Assembly (NCBI GenBank): GCA_024403715.1
Contig: JAKSRJ010000010.1
Coordinates: forward strand, 722-64,721
Source: Saccharofermentans sp.
GTDB lineage: Bacteria > Bacillota > Clostridia > Saccharofermentanales > Saccharofermentanaceae
Reading direction: 5' to 3'
DNA: 64,000 nucleotides
A program made the translations under genes and the position numbers. Numbering within the stretch: the first letter of the stretch is position 1; the number at the start of each line of letters is the position of its first letter. Of this stretch, positions 19,792 through 29,909 are shown in pieces. Below the pieces are notes generated by a model. It worked only from the letters and a program-made list of their open reading frames with translations, was not told the origin of the DNA and ran no database searches.

Positions 19792-20700
19792 ATGAGCAAA
19801 ATCCTCATAATCGGCGGAAATGGTTTTATAGGAAGCAATTTATCAACCTATCTGGCTTCATTAGGAGATGAAGTATACAGTTTTGATGTTGCAAATCCTA
19901 AAGTAAAAGATAGTAGGGTTAAATATATTCAAGGTGATTTTTTTGATGATAATACGTTGACAGCAGTTATTAAAGGCATGGATATCATCTATCATGCTCT
20001 ATCGACTATTAACCCTGGCAATTCAAATGAAAAGTATATGATGGGTTATGGCAGAGATTTTCTTCAGACAGTAAAACTCTTTTCTATGCTAAAAGATACA
20101 GATACAAAGTTGGTGTTTTTGTCATCTGGTGGTACGGTTTATGGCAATCAGGAAGTCCAGCCTATTAAGGAAGATACAGTTGCAAAACCAATTAACCACT
20201 ACGGAAATGTAAAGTTGTGTATAGAGAATACCCTTCGCATTTTTGATATACAAGCTAAATCAAAAATGGTTATAGCTCGCATCTCAAATCCATATGGTCC
20301 AGGCCAGGATTATAACAAGGGAGTTGGTTTTATCGATGCAGTTGTGAAGAAAACTCTCAATAAAGAAATAGTTGAAATCTGGGGGGATGGTGAAGTAATT
20401 CGCGATTATATTTATATTGATGATGTTTGCAAAATGCTGAGAGTAGTAGCTAATTACAACGGTCCTGAGAGGATATTCAATATAAGTTCTTGCACTGGGA
20501 TTTCTCAAAATGAAATAGTAGATATCGTCAGGGAAATCGATTCTGATGTAAGATTTGAGTATAAGCCTAGTAGAAGTGTAGATGTTAAGAAAATGATTCT
20601 AGATAACTCTAGAATTAAAACTATTTATTGTGAACCATTAGTTGATATTAAAGAAGGAATACTTCGTTACTATGAGTATCAAAAGCGCATCAATTCTTAA
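19792..20700 (+). CDS. NAD-dependent epimerase/dehydratase
   Basis: GGNGFIG, FLSSGGTVYG, YGNVK (YxxxK), RISNPYGPGQ, WGDGEVIRDYIYIDD. Confidence 0.88.
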   Translation: MSKILIIGGNGFIGSNLSTYLASLGDEVYSFDVANPKVKDSRVKYIQGDFFDDNTLTAVIKGMDIIYHALSTINPGNSNEKYMMGYGRDFLQTVKLFSMLKDTDTKLVFLSSGGTVYGNQEVQPIKEDTVAKPINHYGNVKLCIENTLRIFDIQAKSKMVIARISNPYGPGQDYNKGVGFIDAVVKKTLNKEIVEIWGDGEVIRDYIYIDDVCKMLRVVANYNGPERIFNISSCTGISQNEIVDIVREIDSDVRFEYKPSRSVDVKKMILDNSRIKTIYCEPLVDIKEGILRYYEYQKRINS

Positions 20701-22288
20701 AAATAGAAATGCAATTATCTCTACAGTAGTGTTTTGTTTGCTTTTTATTTTGTATGAGATTTATTTTAACAGAACACAGTTTTTATCGTCTGACAATGCA
20801 GGTTCATTTCTTTTGCTCCTCGATTGGTTAGGCGGTAATTATCGTCTAGACGATTGGATTATTTCTACTAATAACTTTTTATTTACGGACGCTGTTTGGT
20901 GCGTTCCAGGCATTCTTCTCGGCATGGATTTGGTGACCATTATAGGAATACTGGCATGTTTATTTCATGCTGGTTATATTGCTATGATTCTTTACGTAAT
21001 GCTGGAATATGGTACAAGAAAGAATTTGTTTAAGCGTGAATCACATTTGGTATTGGCTACAATGTTATGTCTCATGCTCATGGCGACTTTCCCATATATG
21101 GCACAGTTCCAAGATTCACCTACGTTTATATTTCTAAATACAGATATACACACAGGTACATTTTTTCTTATAGCCATTGAGATAATTCTCTTGTCAAAGT
21201 GGATAAAAGCTGAATACAAGGGCATGGCATTACCAATTGCTTATGCAATCATTGGTGCTTTAATAATAATGTCTGACAATTATGCATTAATGGTATTTTT
21301 TGGACCAGTTTTTGCTTTTTCTATCTACTATATTATCTGGCCAAAGGTGGAGCATAATTACAAAGGAAATGCGATTATTGCAATAAGCAGCGTAGCTTCT
21401 GTTGTTTTGGGTAATATACTGATTAAGTGTACTGAATTATATACTGGAGCTACTAATTTTGGTGTATCAATGCACATTTCCAATCTTCATGAAATTCTTC
21501 ATAATGGTAAGTTCTTCCTTTTTAAATTGTTAACCTTATTTGGATTTGATTATCAAAATGGAGATAGAAGATGGGCATGGTTAGCATTGGTATTGCTTAT
21601 TCTAGGAAGCATTGCTCTATCTGTTATATATCAGATTATTTGTGCAGTTAAATCTAAACCAAATTCACTAGAGTGGATGCTAACAATTGCGATAGTAGCC
21701 AATATTGTCGGAACTATTTTCATTGATACTGATACTGAGGTTGGAGCTAGATATTTATTGACTATTCCATTTTTCGGCCCAGTCTTGGTGATTCTAACTG
21801 TTTTTTCTATCAACAAGCCTGTATTTAAAAAGAGCTGTGTTGTGGCCATTGCCTGCTTTTCTTTGGCTTTTGGCATAACCAATATTATAGATATACGTAA
21901 AGCTGATAATGTAGGTGATAACGTACGTGAAGTTGTCAACTATATAGAAGATAGAGGTTGGGGAAATGGCTATGGTGGCTATTGGTCATCTATAAATATT
22001 GCTATGTACTCGAATTTTGAAACTATGATTTATCCGACATTCTGGTTTGACTGGGGAGTAGGATTTTATAAACCTATGTTTTATTATCAACCTGAATGGT
22101 ATGAGGAAGATGATTTACACTATATTGTTTTATTTTCAAATGATGATTTCTTCCTTGCTGATAAGGCTCGCAAGGCTGACTGGCTTCTTTTTGCAGGAGA
22201 TCCACAGGAAGATGTTGTTATTGGTAGATATGAAATTCTCTATTATGAGCAAGATTTGCATCAATACCTGACGGAGCTTCCTGCGTGA
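20672..22288 (+). CDS. GT-C-like membrane protein (tandem paralog 1)
   Basis: SSDN...DWLGGN.RLDDW...FLFTD first-loop motif, about 12 TMs, RYLL, GYGGYWSS. Start likely ATG 20672. Confidence 0.55.
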   Translation: MSIKSASILKNRNAIISTVVFCLLFILYEIYFNRTQFLSSDNAGSFLLLLDWLGGNYRLDDWIISTNNFLFTDAVWCVPGILLGMDLVTIIGILACLFHAGYIAMILYVMLEYGTRKNLFKRESHLVLATMLCLMLMATFPYMAQFQDSPTFIFLNTDIHTGTFFLIAIEIILLSKWIKAEYKGMALPIAYAIIGALIIMSDNYALMVFFGPVFAFSIYYIIWPKVEHNYKGNAIIAISSVASVVLGNILIKCTELYTGATNFGVSMHISNLHEILHNGKFFLFKLLTLFGFDYQNGDRRWAWLALVLLILGSIALSVIYQIICAVKSKPNSLEWMLTIAIVANIVGTIFIDTDTEVGARYLLTIPFFGPVLVILTVFSINKPVFKKSCVVAIACFSLAFGITNIIDIRKADNVGDNVREVVNYIEDRGWGNGYGGYWSSINIAMYSNFETMIYPTFWFDWGVGFYKPMFYYQPEWYEEDDLHYIVLFSNDDFFLADKARKADWLLFAGDPQEDVVIGRYEILYYEQDLHQYLTELPA

Positions 22289-23931
22289 CAAAGACAAAAT
22301 TGGGTAAAAACATATCACGAGAGAGCAGAAATATCACTATAGCTTCTATAGTGATATTTGTTGTTTTGTTTGCATTCTACTATTTGTATAACAAAAAGCT
22401 CCAGATGGTAACCTTCGATATTATGTCAATGTTTCCGATGCTAGATGACTGGCTTTCAGGCAATATCTTCCTCAAGGGTTGGATCGTTGGAGCTGAAAGT
22501 TTTATTTTTACAGATACAATTTGGTGCTTGCCACTAAAACTTTTGGGTGTTCCTGTAGTTGAGATTGCTTTTATCAATGGCGCTATATCACATGCAGCGT
22601 TTGTTGCAGTTACATTTTATCTGTTGATAAAAGATAGTCTTGATAGGCAGGCATTAAATAATAAACTGTCTATTGTTTTGTTTGGAATAATCTATGTTTT
22701 ACTTATAGGAACTATTCCATGCGTTGGTGGATATGAACATTCAGCCGCTTATGTATATTTGAACATTAATCAGCACACAGGAGCTTATCTTTTAATAGCT
22801 CTCGAAATGCTTATGTTGTATATTTGGCGCTCGAAGAACTATAAAGGTTGTGCGATACCTATTGTTTTTACAATTACGGGTATACTTGGTTTGATGTCTG
22901 ATACATTTCCTTTGTTGGTGTTATATGCACCATTGATTGTTTACTCTATTTATTCAATAGTATGGCCTAAGCTTGAGCGTCACAACAAAGTTTATTATTT
23001 TTATATTGTCAGCAGTATATTCATAACCATTAGCTCTAATCTAATTAATAGATTGGTAGCTAAGCTTGGTGGAATGGATATGACTGGTGTTGGGGTACAA
23101 ATATCTAGTCTCTCAGAAGCTGTTAGTCGTGCATTCAAATTTGCCAGAAAACTAGTTATTTTATTTGGTTACGATACTACTGGTGAACTTCAATTAACAC
23201 CTTATATTTTGGTTGTAGGCATCATCTTGTTACTAATAGCGATTGCAGTAGTTTATCAGGCGGCAAAAGCTGTAAAAAGCAGCCCAGATCGTGTTGGCTT
23301 GTTTCTAGCAATAGCAATAGTAGGTAATGTTCTTGGGTGCATGTTGATATCAACAGAATCTGCTATATGGGGACGATATCTCTTATCTATTCCTTTTTTT
23401 GGTTTTATTTTGATAGTGAAAATGTTTATCGATGTAACCAACAGCAGGGAAGATAAGGGTATTAAAAGCAAGATGATAATTATTAGTTTGCTGGTTTTGT
23501 CTTTAGTTTATTTTGGTAAGAATACAATAGATTTTGTTCATGCCAAGAATTACGGAGAAGATTATCAGCAGGTAGCCCAGTATATTACCGAGCATAATCT
23601 TGGTGATGGATACGCTGGCGCTTGGATTAGTTATCCAGTATCGGCGTATACGGATTTTGATACGATGTTAGTTCCAGTTTGCTGGTATGAGTATTCCTTA
23701 GGGTTTTATCCATGGAAATCATTATGCAAACTTGATTGGTTTGATTCAGATGGTTTGTATTATGTAGTGGTATTTGCTGATTCGGACAGTAATTACCATG
23801 CGATTGATTCTAAGCGTGAATACTTCTACCATTTTGCAGGGGAACCAGAGCAGAGTGTAGTAATTGGTGAGTATGAAATTATGATTTATGATCATGATTT
23901 AAGACAACATTTACTAGAGATGCCAGAGTAA
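22285..23931 (+). CDS. GT-C-like membrane protein (tandem paralog 2)
   Basis: DDWLSGNIFLKGW...FIFTD, RYLL, GYAGAW. Aligns end to end with the preceding ORF. Confidence 0.55.
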   Translation: MTKTKLGKNISRESRNITIASIVIFVVLFAFYYLYNKKLQMVTFDIMSMFPMLDDWLSGNIFLKGWIVGAESFIFTDTIWCLPLKLLGVPVVEIAFINGAISHAAFVAVTFYLLIKDSLDRQALNNKLSIVLFGIIYVLLIGTIPCVGGYEHSAAYVYLNINQHTGAYLLIALEMLMLYIWRSKNYKGCAIPIVFTITGILGLMSDTFPLLVLYAPLIVYSIYSIVWPKLERHNKVYYFYIVSSIFITISSNLINRLVAKLGGMDMTGVGVQISSLSEAVSRAFKFARKLVILFGYDTTGELQLTPYILVVGIILLLIAIAVVYQAAKAVKSSPDRVGLFLAIAIVGNVLGCMLISTESAIWGRYLLSIPFFGFILIVKMFIDVTNSREDKGIKSKMIIISLLVLSLVYFGKNTIDFVHAKNYGEDYQQVAQYITEHNLGDGYAGAWISYPVSAYTDFDTMLVPVCWYEYSLGFYPWKSLCKLDWFDSDGLYYVVVFADSDSNYHAIDSKREYFYHFAGEPEQSVVIGEYEIMIYDHDLRQHLLEMPE

Positions 23932-23952
23932 TAAACGAACACATAACAAATA

Positions 23953-23961
23953 TGATAAAAT
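23953..23961 (+). promoter_or_regulatory. Internal extended -10 promoter element
   Basis: TGATAAAAT at 23953-23961, then a GAGGT SD before ATG 23986. Confidence 0.45.
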
Positions 23962-23985
23962 AAACCTTTAAGTGAGGTTATTAAT

Positions 23986-24396
23986 ATGGAAAATAAGCAA
24001 GTAATAAAATCTGTTTCTGAAAATCCTCAGCCAGTGACTGTTGCTAAGGGCTGGGGTAGTTATACAGTTCTTCATGAAGAGAGCAATAATCTTACAATTC
24101 TTGTAACACTCAATGAAGGTAGCAGAATGCGTTACCATAGCCATAAAGAGCGTCGCGAACTATGGGTTGTAGCTAGCGGTTCTGGAATCGTTGTAATGAA
24201 CGAAGATGAGAAGATTGTAAGAACAGGTGATGTGATCGAGATTCCTCGTGAGGTTCGTCACACAGTAATTGCTAATTCTGAATTGAAACTTATCGAAGTT
24301 CAGATTGGTAATACGAGCATTGAAGATAAGACTACATATAACCTCCAGAAGGATTACTACAGCGACGGAAGTACTGGTTATTACGTAGCTAGATAA
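23986..24396 (+). CDS. Stand-alone cupin (type II phosphomannose isomerase C-terminal domain)
   Basis: KGWGSYTVL, YHSHKERRELWVV.SGSG, GDVIEIP..VRH, LIEVQIG. Confidence 0.75.
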   Translation: MENKQVIKSVSENPQPVTVAKGWGSYTVLHEESNNLTILVTLNEGSRMRYHSHKERRELWVVASGSGIVVMNEDEKIVRTGDVIEIPREVRHTVIANSELKLIEVQIGNTSIEDKTTYNLQKDYYSDGSTGYYVAR

Positions 24397-24417
24397 TAGA
24401 TAGGAATTATTAAGCCA

Positions 24418-25362
24418 ATGATGGAGAAAAATGCAAAGATATATGTTGCTGGCCACAGAGGTATGGTAGGTAGTGCTATCGTACGTGAATTGGAGCGTCA
24501 GGGATATACTAATATTATTGTAAGAACCCATAAGGAATTAGATCTTACAAGACAAAATCAGGTTGAGCAGTTCTTTGCTGAAGAGAAGCCAGATTATGTA
24601 TTTTTAGCAGCAGCTAAGGTTGGTGGTATTATGGGTAATGCTACCGCGAAGGCTGACTTCATGTATGACAACATGATTTTAGAAATGAATGTTATTCACG
24701 CAGCTTGGCAAAATGGCTGTAAGAAGTTAGAGTTCTTAGGTTCGTCTTGCATCTATCCTAAGTTTGCTCCACAGCCAATGCAGGAGTCTTGCCTTCTTAC
24801 TAGTAGTCTTGAAGAGACTAACGAGGCATACGCTTTGGCTAAGATTTCTGGTCTTAAGTCCTGTGAGTATCTTAATGGTCAGTATGGCACTGACTATATT
24901 AGCGTAATGCCAACAAATCTTTATGGTCCTCATGATAATTATCCTCCACACCACTCACATGTTCTCCCAGCTTTAATTAGGCGTTTCCATGAAGCTAAGG
25001 AAGCTGGCGTTAAGAGTGTTACTTGTTGGGGAGATGGAAGTCCTCTTCGTGAGTTTATGTACGTGGATGACCTTGCTAATTTATGTGTATTCTTAATGAA
25101 TAATTATAGCGGCTCTGAGACAGTAAATGCAGGTACAGGTAAGGAACTTACTATTAAGGAATTAACTGAACTTGTTGCAAAGGTTGTAGGTTATGAAGGC
25201 GAGATTTTGTGGGATCCTTCAAAGCCAAACGGTACGCCAAGAAAACTTTTGGATGTTTCTAAGGCTAGGAATCTTGGCTGGACATATAAGACAGAACTTG
25301 AGGATGGAATTAAGCTTGCTTACGAAGACTTCCTCAACAGCCCAATGAGAGTTGAACGATAA
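24418..25362 (+). CDS. fcl: GDP-L-fucose synthase
   Basis: IYVAGHRGMVGSAI, LAAAKVGGI, FLGSSCIYPK, EAYALAKI, MPTNLYGP, SHVLPALIRRFH, WGDGSPLREF, KPNGTPRKLLD. Confidence 0.95.
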   Translation: MMEKNAKIYVAGHRGMVGSAIVRELERQGYTNIIVRTHKELDLTRQNQVEQFFAEEKPDYVFLAAAKVGGIMGNATAKADFMYDNMILEMNVIHAAWQNGCKKLEFLGSSCIYPKFAPQPMQESCLLTSSLEETNEAYALAKISGLKSCEYLNGQYGTDYISVMPTNLYGPHDNYPPHHSHVLPALIRRFHEAKEAGVKSVTCWGDGSPLREFMYVDDLANLCVFLMNNYSGSETVNAGTGKELTIKELTELVAKVVGYEGEILWDPSKPNGTPRKLLDVSKARNLGWTYKTELEDGIKLAYEDFLNSPMRVER

Positions 25363-25363
25363 T

Positions 25364-26617
25364 ATGTCTTCTGATAAGAAGAAAATATTAGCTATAGTTA
25401 CATGGTACCCGAGCAAGGAAAACCCTTGGGCGGGTAGTTTCTTTAAGGAACAATGTGATCTTTTATCATCAAAGTATGATATTACTCTGCTTAAAATCAA
25501 TTCTTTTAATACACTCGGCATTAAGTATTTGCTTAAGCGATTGTCAGGTAAAGATATAGCGTTTAGTGATATGGGATTAAGTAACTCTTTTACTGAAAAG
25601 GAAGTTAATATATTCCGCCCGTCTGAACTTGCTTTGCAGAACAATCTCCTCTCGAGATATAACATCAGAAAAAAGGGGATAGCTGGCGTTGGTATCGTAG
25701 ATTGTGAAGCAGAGAAGAGTTTTTGGCGTAAGCACATGGCAAGGCTTGCTAGAATTCTAGATAATAAGTACGACTTAGTTTATGGCATGTCAGCGCAGGG
25801 TACAGCTGTTTATACCAAGTTAATTGCTGAGTATATGGGAGTTCCATATATTCTTTCTGAGCATTCTCCTTTCCTTATTCCTGGCTCTAGTATGAGCGAT
25901 ACTTTTAAAACTGCGATGGAAGATGCCTCATCTTTCCTTGCTATCAGTAACGATAAGGTGCGTCAGATTTTGATGCAGAACATTAAGCTCAAAAGGATCG
26001 TTTATATCGGCAACATAATTGATGAGGAGAAGTTTAAGTACGAGCCTTTGACACATGATGAGAAGACTTTCTTAATTGTTGCTTCCCACTCTTTTTACAA
26101 GAACTACGATTTATTTATCAAGGCTATGAACAGACTTACAGAAATAGCCGATAAGCCTTTTAAGGTTATAATCGCTGGCTTTGGGGCTAATAAGGGTTAT
26201 AGTCAGGATGTAGACGAGTTTGTTAAAAAGATTGAAAACTCTAAGTTCTACGATAGATCAGAGATGATACCTAGCGTGAGCAGAGACGATATAGCTGCTC
26301 TTTATAATCGAGCAGACGCTTTTGTTATGACATCTATCCAGGAAGGTCAGCCTGTAGCGGCAATAGAAGCCACCGCATGTGGTCTTCCTGTTTTCTCGAC
26401 TCGCTGTGGTGGTGTTGAAGATTACCTTGATGAGAAGATGGGACGTGTAGTTTCCATCTTAGATTATGATGCATTAGCTAATTCGATGAACGATTTCCTT
26501 AATGGGGATATATCTTACGATAGTGAATATATTAGAAATACTGTTATCTCTAAGTTTGGTCGTAAAGCTTTTTGTGAAACCTTCGATAACGTATTTAGTA
26601 GTGTAGTAGGAAAGTAA
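25364..26617 (+). CDS. Glycosyltransferase family 4
   Basis: TWYPS...GSFFKEQ, SEHS, KNYD, TSIQEGQPVAAIEATACGLPVFSTRCGG. ATG 25364 preferred over TTG 25352. Confidence 0.85.
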   Translation: MSSDKKKILAIVTWYPSKENPWAGSFFKEQCDLLSSKYDITLLKINSFNTLGIKYLLKRLSGKDIAFSDMGLSNSFTEKEVNIFRPSELALQNNLLSRYNIRKKGIAGVGIVDCEAEKSFWRKHMARLARILDNKYDLVYGMSAQGTAVYTKLIAEYMGVPYILSEHSPFLIPGSSMSDTFKTAMEDASSFLAISNDKVRQILMQNIKLKRIVYIGNIIDEEKFKYEPLTHDEKTFLIVASHSFYKNYDLFIKAMNRLTEIADKPFKVIIAGFGANKGYSQDVDEFVKKIENSKFYDRSEMIPSVSRDDIAALYNRADAFVMTSIQEGQPVAAIEATACGLPVFSTRCGGVEDYLDEKMGRVVSILDYDALANSMNDFLNGDISYDSEYIRNTVISKFGRKAFCETFDNVFSSVVGK

Positions 26618-26620
26618 GCG

Positions 26621-28156
26621 ATGAGTGATAAGAAGACTATCGCTAAGACTGGCCTAATAGGAATACTTAATCAGCTGATTTTTGCTGTCTTAGGTTTTAT
26701 TTCAAGAAAACTATTTCTAATCTATATTGGCGTAGATATCTTAGGATTAAGTACAACTTATGTATCCGTATTATCTACACTTGCATTAGCAGACTTAGGC
26801 TTTGATATCGCTGTTACATATGCTTTATATAAGCCACTTAATGAAGGTAATTCAACTAAAATTAATGCCATAATGAAGGCATTAAAGAGTATATATAACA
26901 CTATAGGTTATATATTTATTGCTTTGTCTTTTGTGGCAATTCCATTTCTGCATTTAATTGTTAAGGATATGGAGTTTAAGAACATCTATATCATTTACTT
27001 CTTAGTTCAGGCTTTGGCAAGTGCATCTACTTATTTCTTTGCTTATAGAAGAACACTTCTTTATGCAGACCGTAAAGAGTACATCACCAAGACTGTCGAT
27101 ACAGTGGGTAACTTTGTCTTTAGTACTCTTAAGATTCTAGTGTTGATATTTACTAAGAGCTATTTGCTCTATGTAACCTGCGCAGTTCTTCAGGCTTTTG
27201 CTACTAATATTTATATCTACTTTAAGTGTTATAAGATTTATCCATATCTTGATAATAAGCAGCCTACAGATAAGGCTCTGGTTAAAGATCTCATTAACAG
27301 TATTAAGGATATTGCTCTAGGTAAAATCTCTGGCTATGTGTATGGATGCACAGATAGTCTTTTAATCTCAAGTATGATTAGTACTGTTGTTGTAGGTTTT
27401 TATGGTAACTATCTTACAGTAACAACTATTATTAAGCAGTTATCTGTTAATATCTTAGGCCCATTAGCACCATTTATTGGCAACCATATGGTTGAAGATA
27501 AAAATCCAGTACATCAGGAAAAATCCTTTGGTATGTATACATACTTCAGATTTATAGTAGCTGTCGTGCTTTTGGTTCCAACTCTTGTTTGTATTGATTT
27601 ATTCATAGAGATTTGGCTTGGAACAGATTATGTTATGAGCCCAGTAATCATGCTTTTGGTTTGTGCTGATCTCTATATTAGCTTTGTTCACAGCTCTCTT
27701 TGTGATTATGAAAATGCAGCTGGTTTGTTTAAATATGAGAAATATATTTCGCTTGTTGGTGCAGTAGTTAATCTTTCCAGCTCGATTATTTTAGCAAAAA
27801 TCATAGGTCTGCCAGGAGTTCTTACAGGAACCGTTATAGCTCAGACTATTTACTGGACCTTAAGAAGTATCCTTGTGTACAACAAGTGTTTTCATTCCAA
27901 GAAGCTTTTTGTTAAGTATTGGGGAAGAATGCTCTACTACGTTTTAATCTTTGTAGGATGTGTAGTTTTATGTTCCTTTGTATGTGGACTAATAGTAACA
28001 CCTTGGAAAATACTGACTTTTGTTGTATGGGGATGTGTTTGTGAAGTTATATCAGTAGCAGTTGTAGCTGTAGCTTTACTTCCGACTAAGGAACATATAG
28101 ATGGCATTACCTGGATTCGCAAGGCAATTCTCTCAAAGCTAGGTAAGACAGTCTAA
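26621..28156 (+). CDS. Wzx-type polysaccharide flippase
   Basis: GFISRKLFL..IG..ILGL...VLSTLALADLGF..A.TYALYKPL, YRRTLLYAD, VGFYGNY. About 14 TMs. Confidence 0.85.
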   Translation: MSDKKTIAKTGLIGILNQLIFAVLGFISRKLFLIYIGVDILGLSTTYVSVLSTLALADLGFDIAVTYALYKPLNEGNSTKINAIMKALKSIYNTIGYIFIALSFVAIPFLHLIVKDMEFKNIYIIYFLVQALASASTYFFAYRRTLLYADRKEYITKTVDTVGNFVFSTLKILVLIFTKSYLLYVTCAVLQAFATNIYIYFKCYKIYPYLDNKQPTDKALVKDLINSIKDIALGKISGYVYGCTDSLLISSMISTVVVGFYGNYLTVTTIIKQLSVNILGPLAPFIGNHMVEDKNPVHQEKSFGMYTYFRFIVAVVLLVPTLVCIDLFIEIWLGTDYVMSPVIMLLVCADLYISFVHSSLCDYENAAGLFKYEKYISLVGAVVNLSSSIILAKIIGLPGVLTGTVIAQTIYWTLRSILVYNKCFHSKKLFVKYWGRMLYYVLIFVGCVVLCSFVCGLIVTPWKILTFVVWGCVCEVISVAVVAVALLPTKEHIDGITWIRKAILSKLGKTV

Positions 28157-28208
28157 TGGGTGCTTCTTAAGGTATAATAATTGTAGATATTGGTTTATGA
28201 GGTAATAG

Positions 28209-29894
28209 ATGTTAAATAACGTTATTAGGGAGTTAAAAGCAAAACCAAAGCTTGAAATGGTAACAACATTGTTTGCTTGGTTAGTATGTGCCTTTTTCTT
28301 AGTTAAGCTTATAGCTTATTTTGGAACCGCTTTTTTCCAGACAGCTGTTTATCATATACCTATCGAATATAGAGATATGAGTACTCTTTCAGTTGCTAAA
28401 GCGTTTTCTGAATGGAAGAATCCATATTCAGTCAGCTATTCACAAGGTTTAAATACACCTATTGCTTATCAGTACACTTTTGTAGTGCCGATGATTATTG
28501 CGCTAATTCACAATGTAACACATTTGGATTTTGTTCTGTCTGCACTAATAATGAATTACATGTTCATTTTTATTGCGGTTTTATTCATTTATCATCTTCT
28601 TAAGGAATTCTGTAGTATTAAAGTCTATTGGGTTGTTCCAATTTTTTATTTTACTACCTGCGGTTTCTCTATGTTTATAGATCGTGCTCCAGGTTTTACA
28701 GCTAGAGGTGATGCTCTAGGTATTGCTATCCTCGCGATTATTTATTGGCTTGTTGCTAAGCACAAGGACAAGATAGTTCTCATCTCTTTTTTGAGTGCTT
28801 TGCTCTTTTACACTAAGTCTACGGATGTCTTTTTGGCATTACCAGTTTTTGTTTATTATCTCATTGATAATTGGAAGAGCGCAATTAAATACTTCTTCTG
28901 TTGTATTGGCTTTGGTGTAGCTTCTATAATTCTTGTCAGATTACTATTCCCATTGTTCTTTGTTGAGAACATCTACTATCTGTTAGGTGGAGTTCTTGAT
29001 CGTGGAGACATCGTTATTGCCCAAGAAAACTATGGAGCATTTTTCTCTTCAAATGTAGTGCTTAATACTTTTTTCCGAATTGGATTAGTTGCTATTCTTA
29101 TTAAAATCGGATTTTCTATTTATAAGGATGGATTTAAAACGGCTTGGAATAAATATGGAGTTATAGCAATGATGCTCTTTGCTGCTGTTATCTATCCTGA
29201 GCTACTTACATTGTTTAAAGCTTCATTCATTATTGGCGATGGATATAAATATTGTAATTCTCTTATGTTTGAACCATATTTTGTGGTTGCTACTTACTTT
29301 ATATACACGCTTGCAGAGAGTTTACCTAATTGGATTTTGCCAGAGCTTAATAATGATGATGTTGTACTTAAGAATTCAATTAGATCTGTTGTTGGAGCAA
29401 TTAGTATTATCTATATCTGTAATGCCTGCTTTAGTTATTATGAATGGAAGCTTCCTTCGGTTGAACATTGTATAGAGTGGGAAGATACTTTGGAGCTATG
29501 CTCACAGTATGATCTCGACAAAATATATTTTGGACCTATGATTGCTACTTATGCTTTGAATCAGGATAATGGCTTGGAAACTGCGTTTTATGATAGTGGC
29601 CATACAGAATATAACGGTTCTGAAAATGCCAATATGGATTTATCTAATGTCCAAGACTTTAAGAATATTTTCATTTTTAATACTGTTGATGCAGAGGATG
29701 AATTAATTGAGAATTATGATGCAGATATTAACTCTAGAATTTCAGAAGGATATTTTGATTTATTAATTGTTCCTAGATATGGAACTGTTTTCATCGATAT
29801 TGAAGACTTAGATGATAATTATGAGAAAGTCGACGAGATACATTTAACTTCATTTATTAACGAATGCTATTATGGTGTATATGTAAGACGATAA
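28209..29894 (+). CDS. GT-C-like multi-TM membrane protein
   Basis: PIEYRD first loop, NPY, ARGDALG, FYTK, about 11 TMs and an acidic extracellular C-terminus. Confidence 0.5.
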   Translation: MLNNVIRELKAKPKLEMVTTLFAWLVCAFFLVKLIAYFGTAFFQTAVYHIPIEYRDMSTLSVAKAFSEWKNPYSVSYSQGLNTPIAYQYTFVVPMIIALIHNVTHLDFVLSALIMNYMFIFIAVLFIYHLLKEFCSIKVYWVVPIFYFTTCGFSMFIDRAPGFTARGDALGIAILAIIYWLVAKHKDKIVLISFLSALLFYTKSTDVFLALPVFVYYLIDNWKSAIKYFFCCIGFGVASIILVRLLFPLFFVENIYYLLGGVLDRGDIVIAQENYGAFFSSNVVLNTFFRIGLVAILIKIGFSIYKDGFKTAWNKYGVIAMMLFAAVIYPELLTLFKASFIIGDGYKYCNSLMFEPYFVVATYFIYTLAESLPNWILPELNNDDVVLKNSIRSVVGAISIIYICNACFSYYEWKLPSVEHCIEWEDTLELCSQYDLDKIYFGPMIATYALNQDNGLETAFYDSGHTEYNGSENANMDLSNVQDFKNIFIFNTVDAEDELIENYDADINSRISEGYFDLLIVPRYGTVFIDIEDLDDNYEKVDEIHLTSFINECYYGVYVRR

Positions 29895-29909
29895 TTGGGA
29901 GATCAATAA

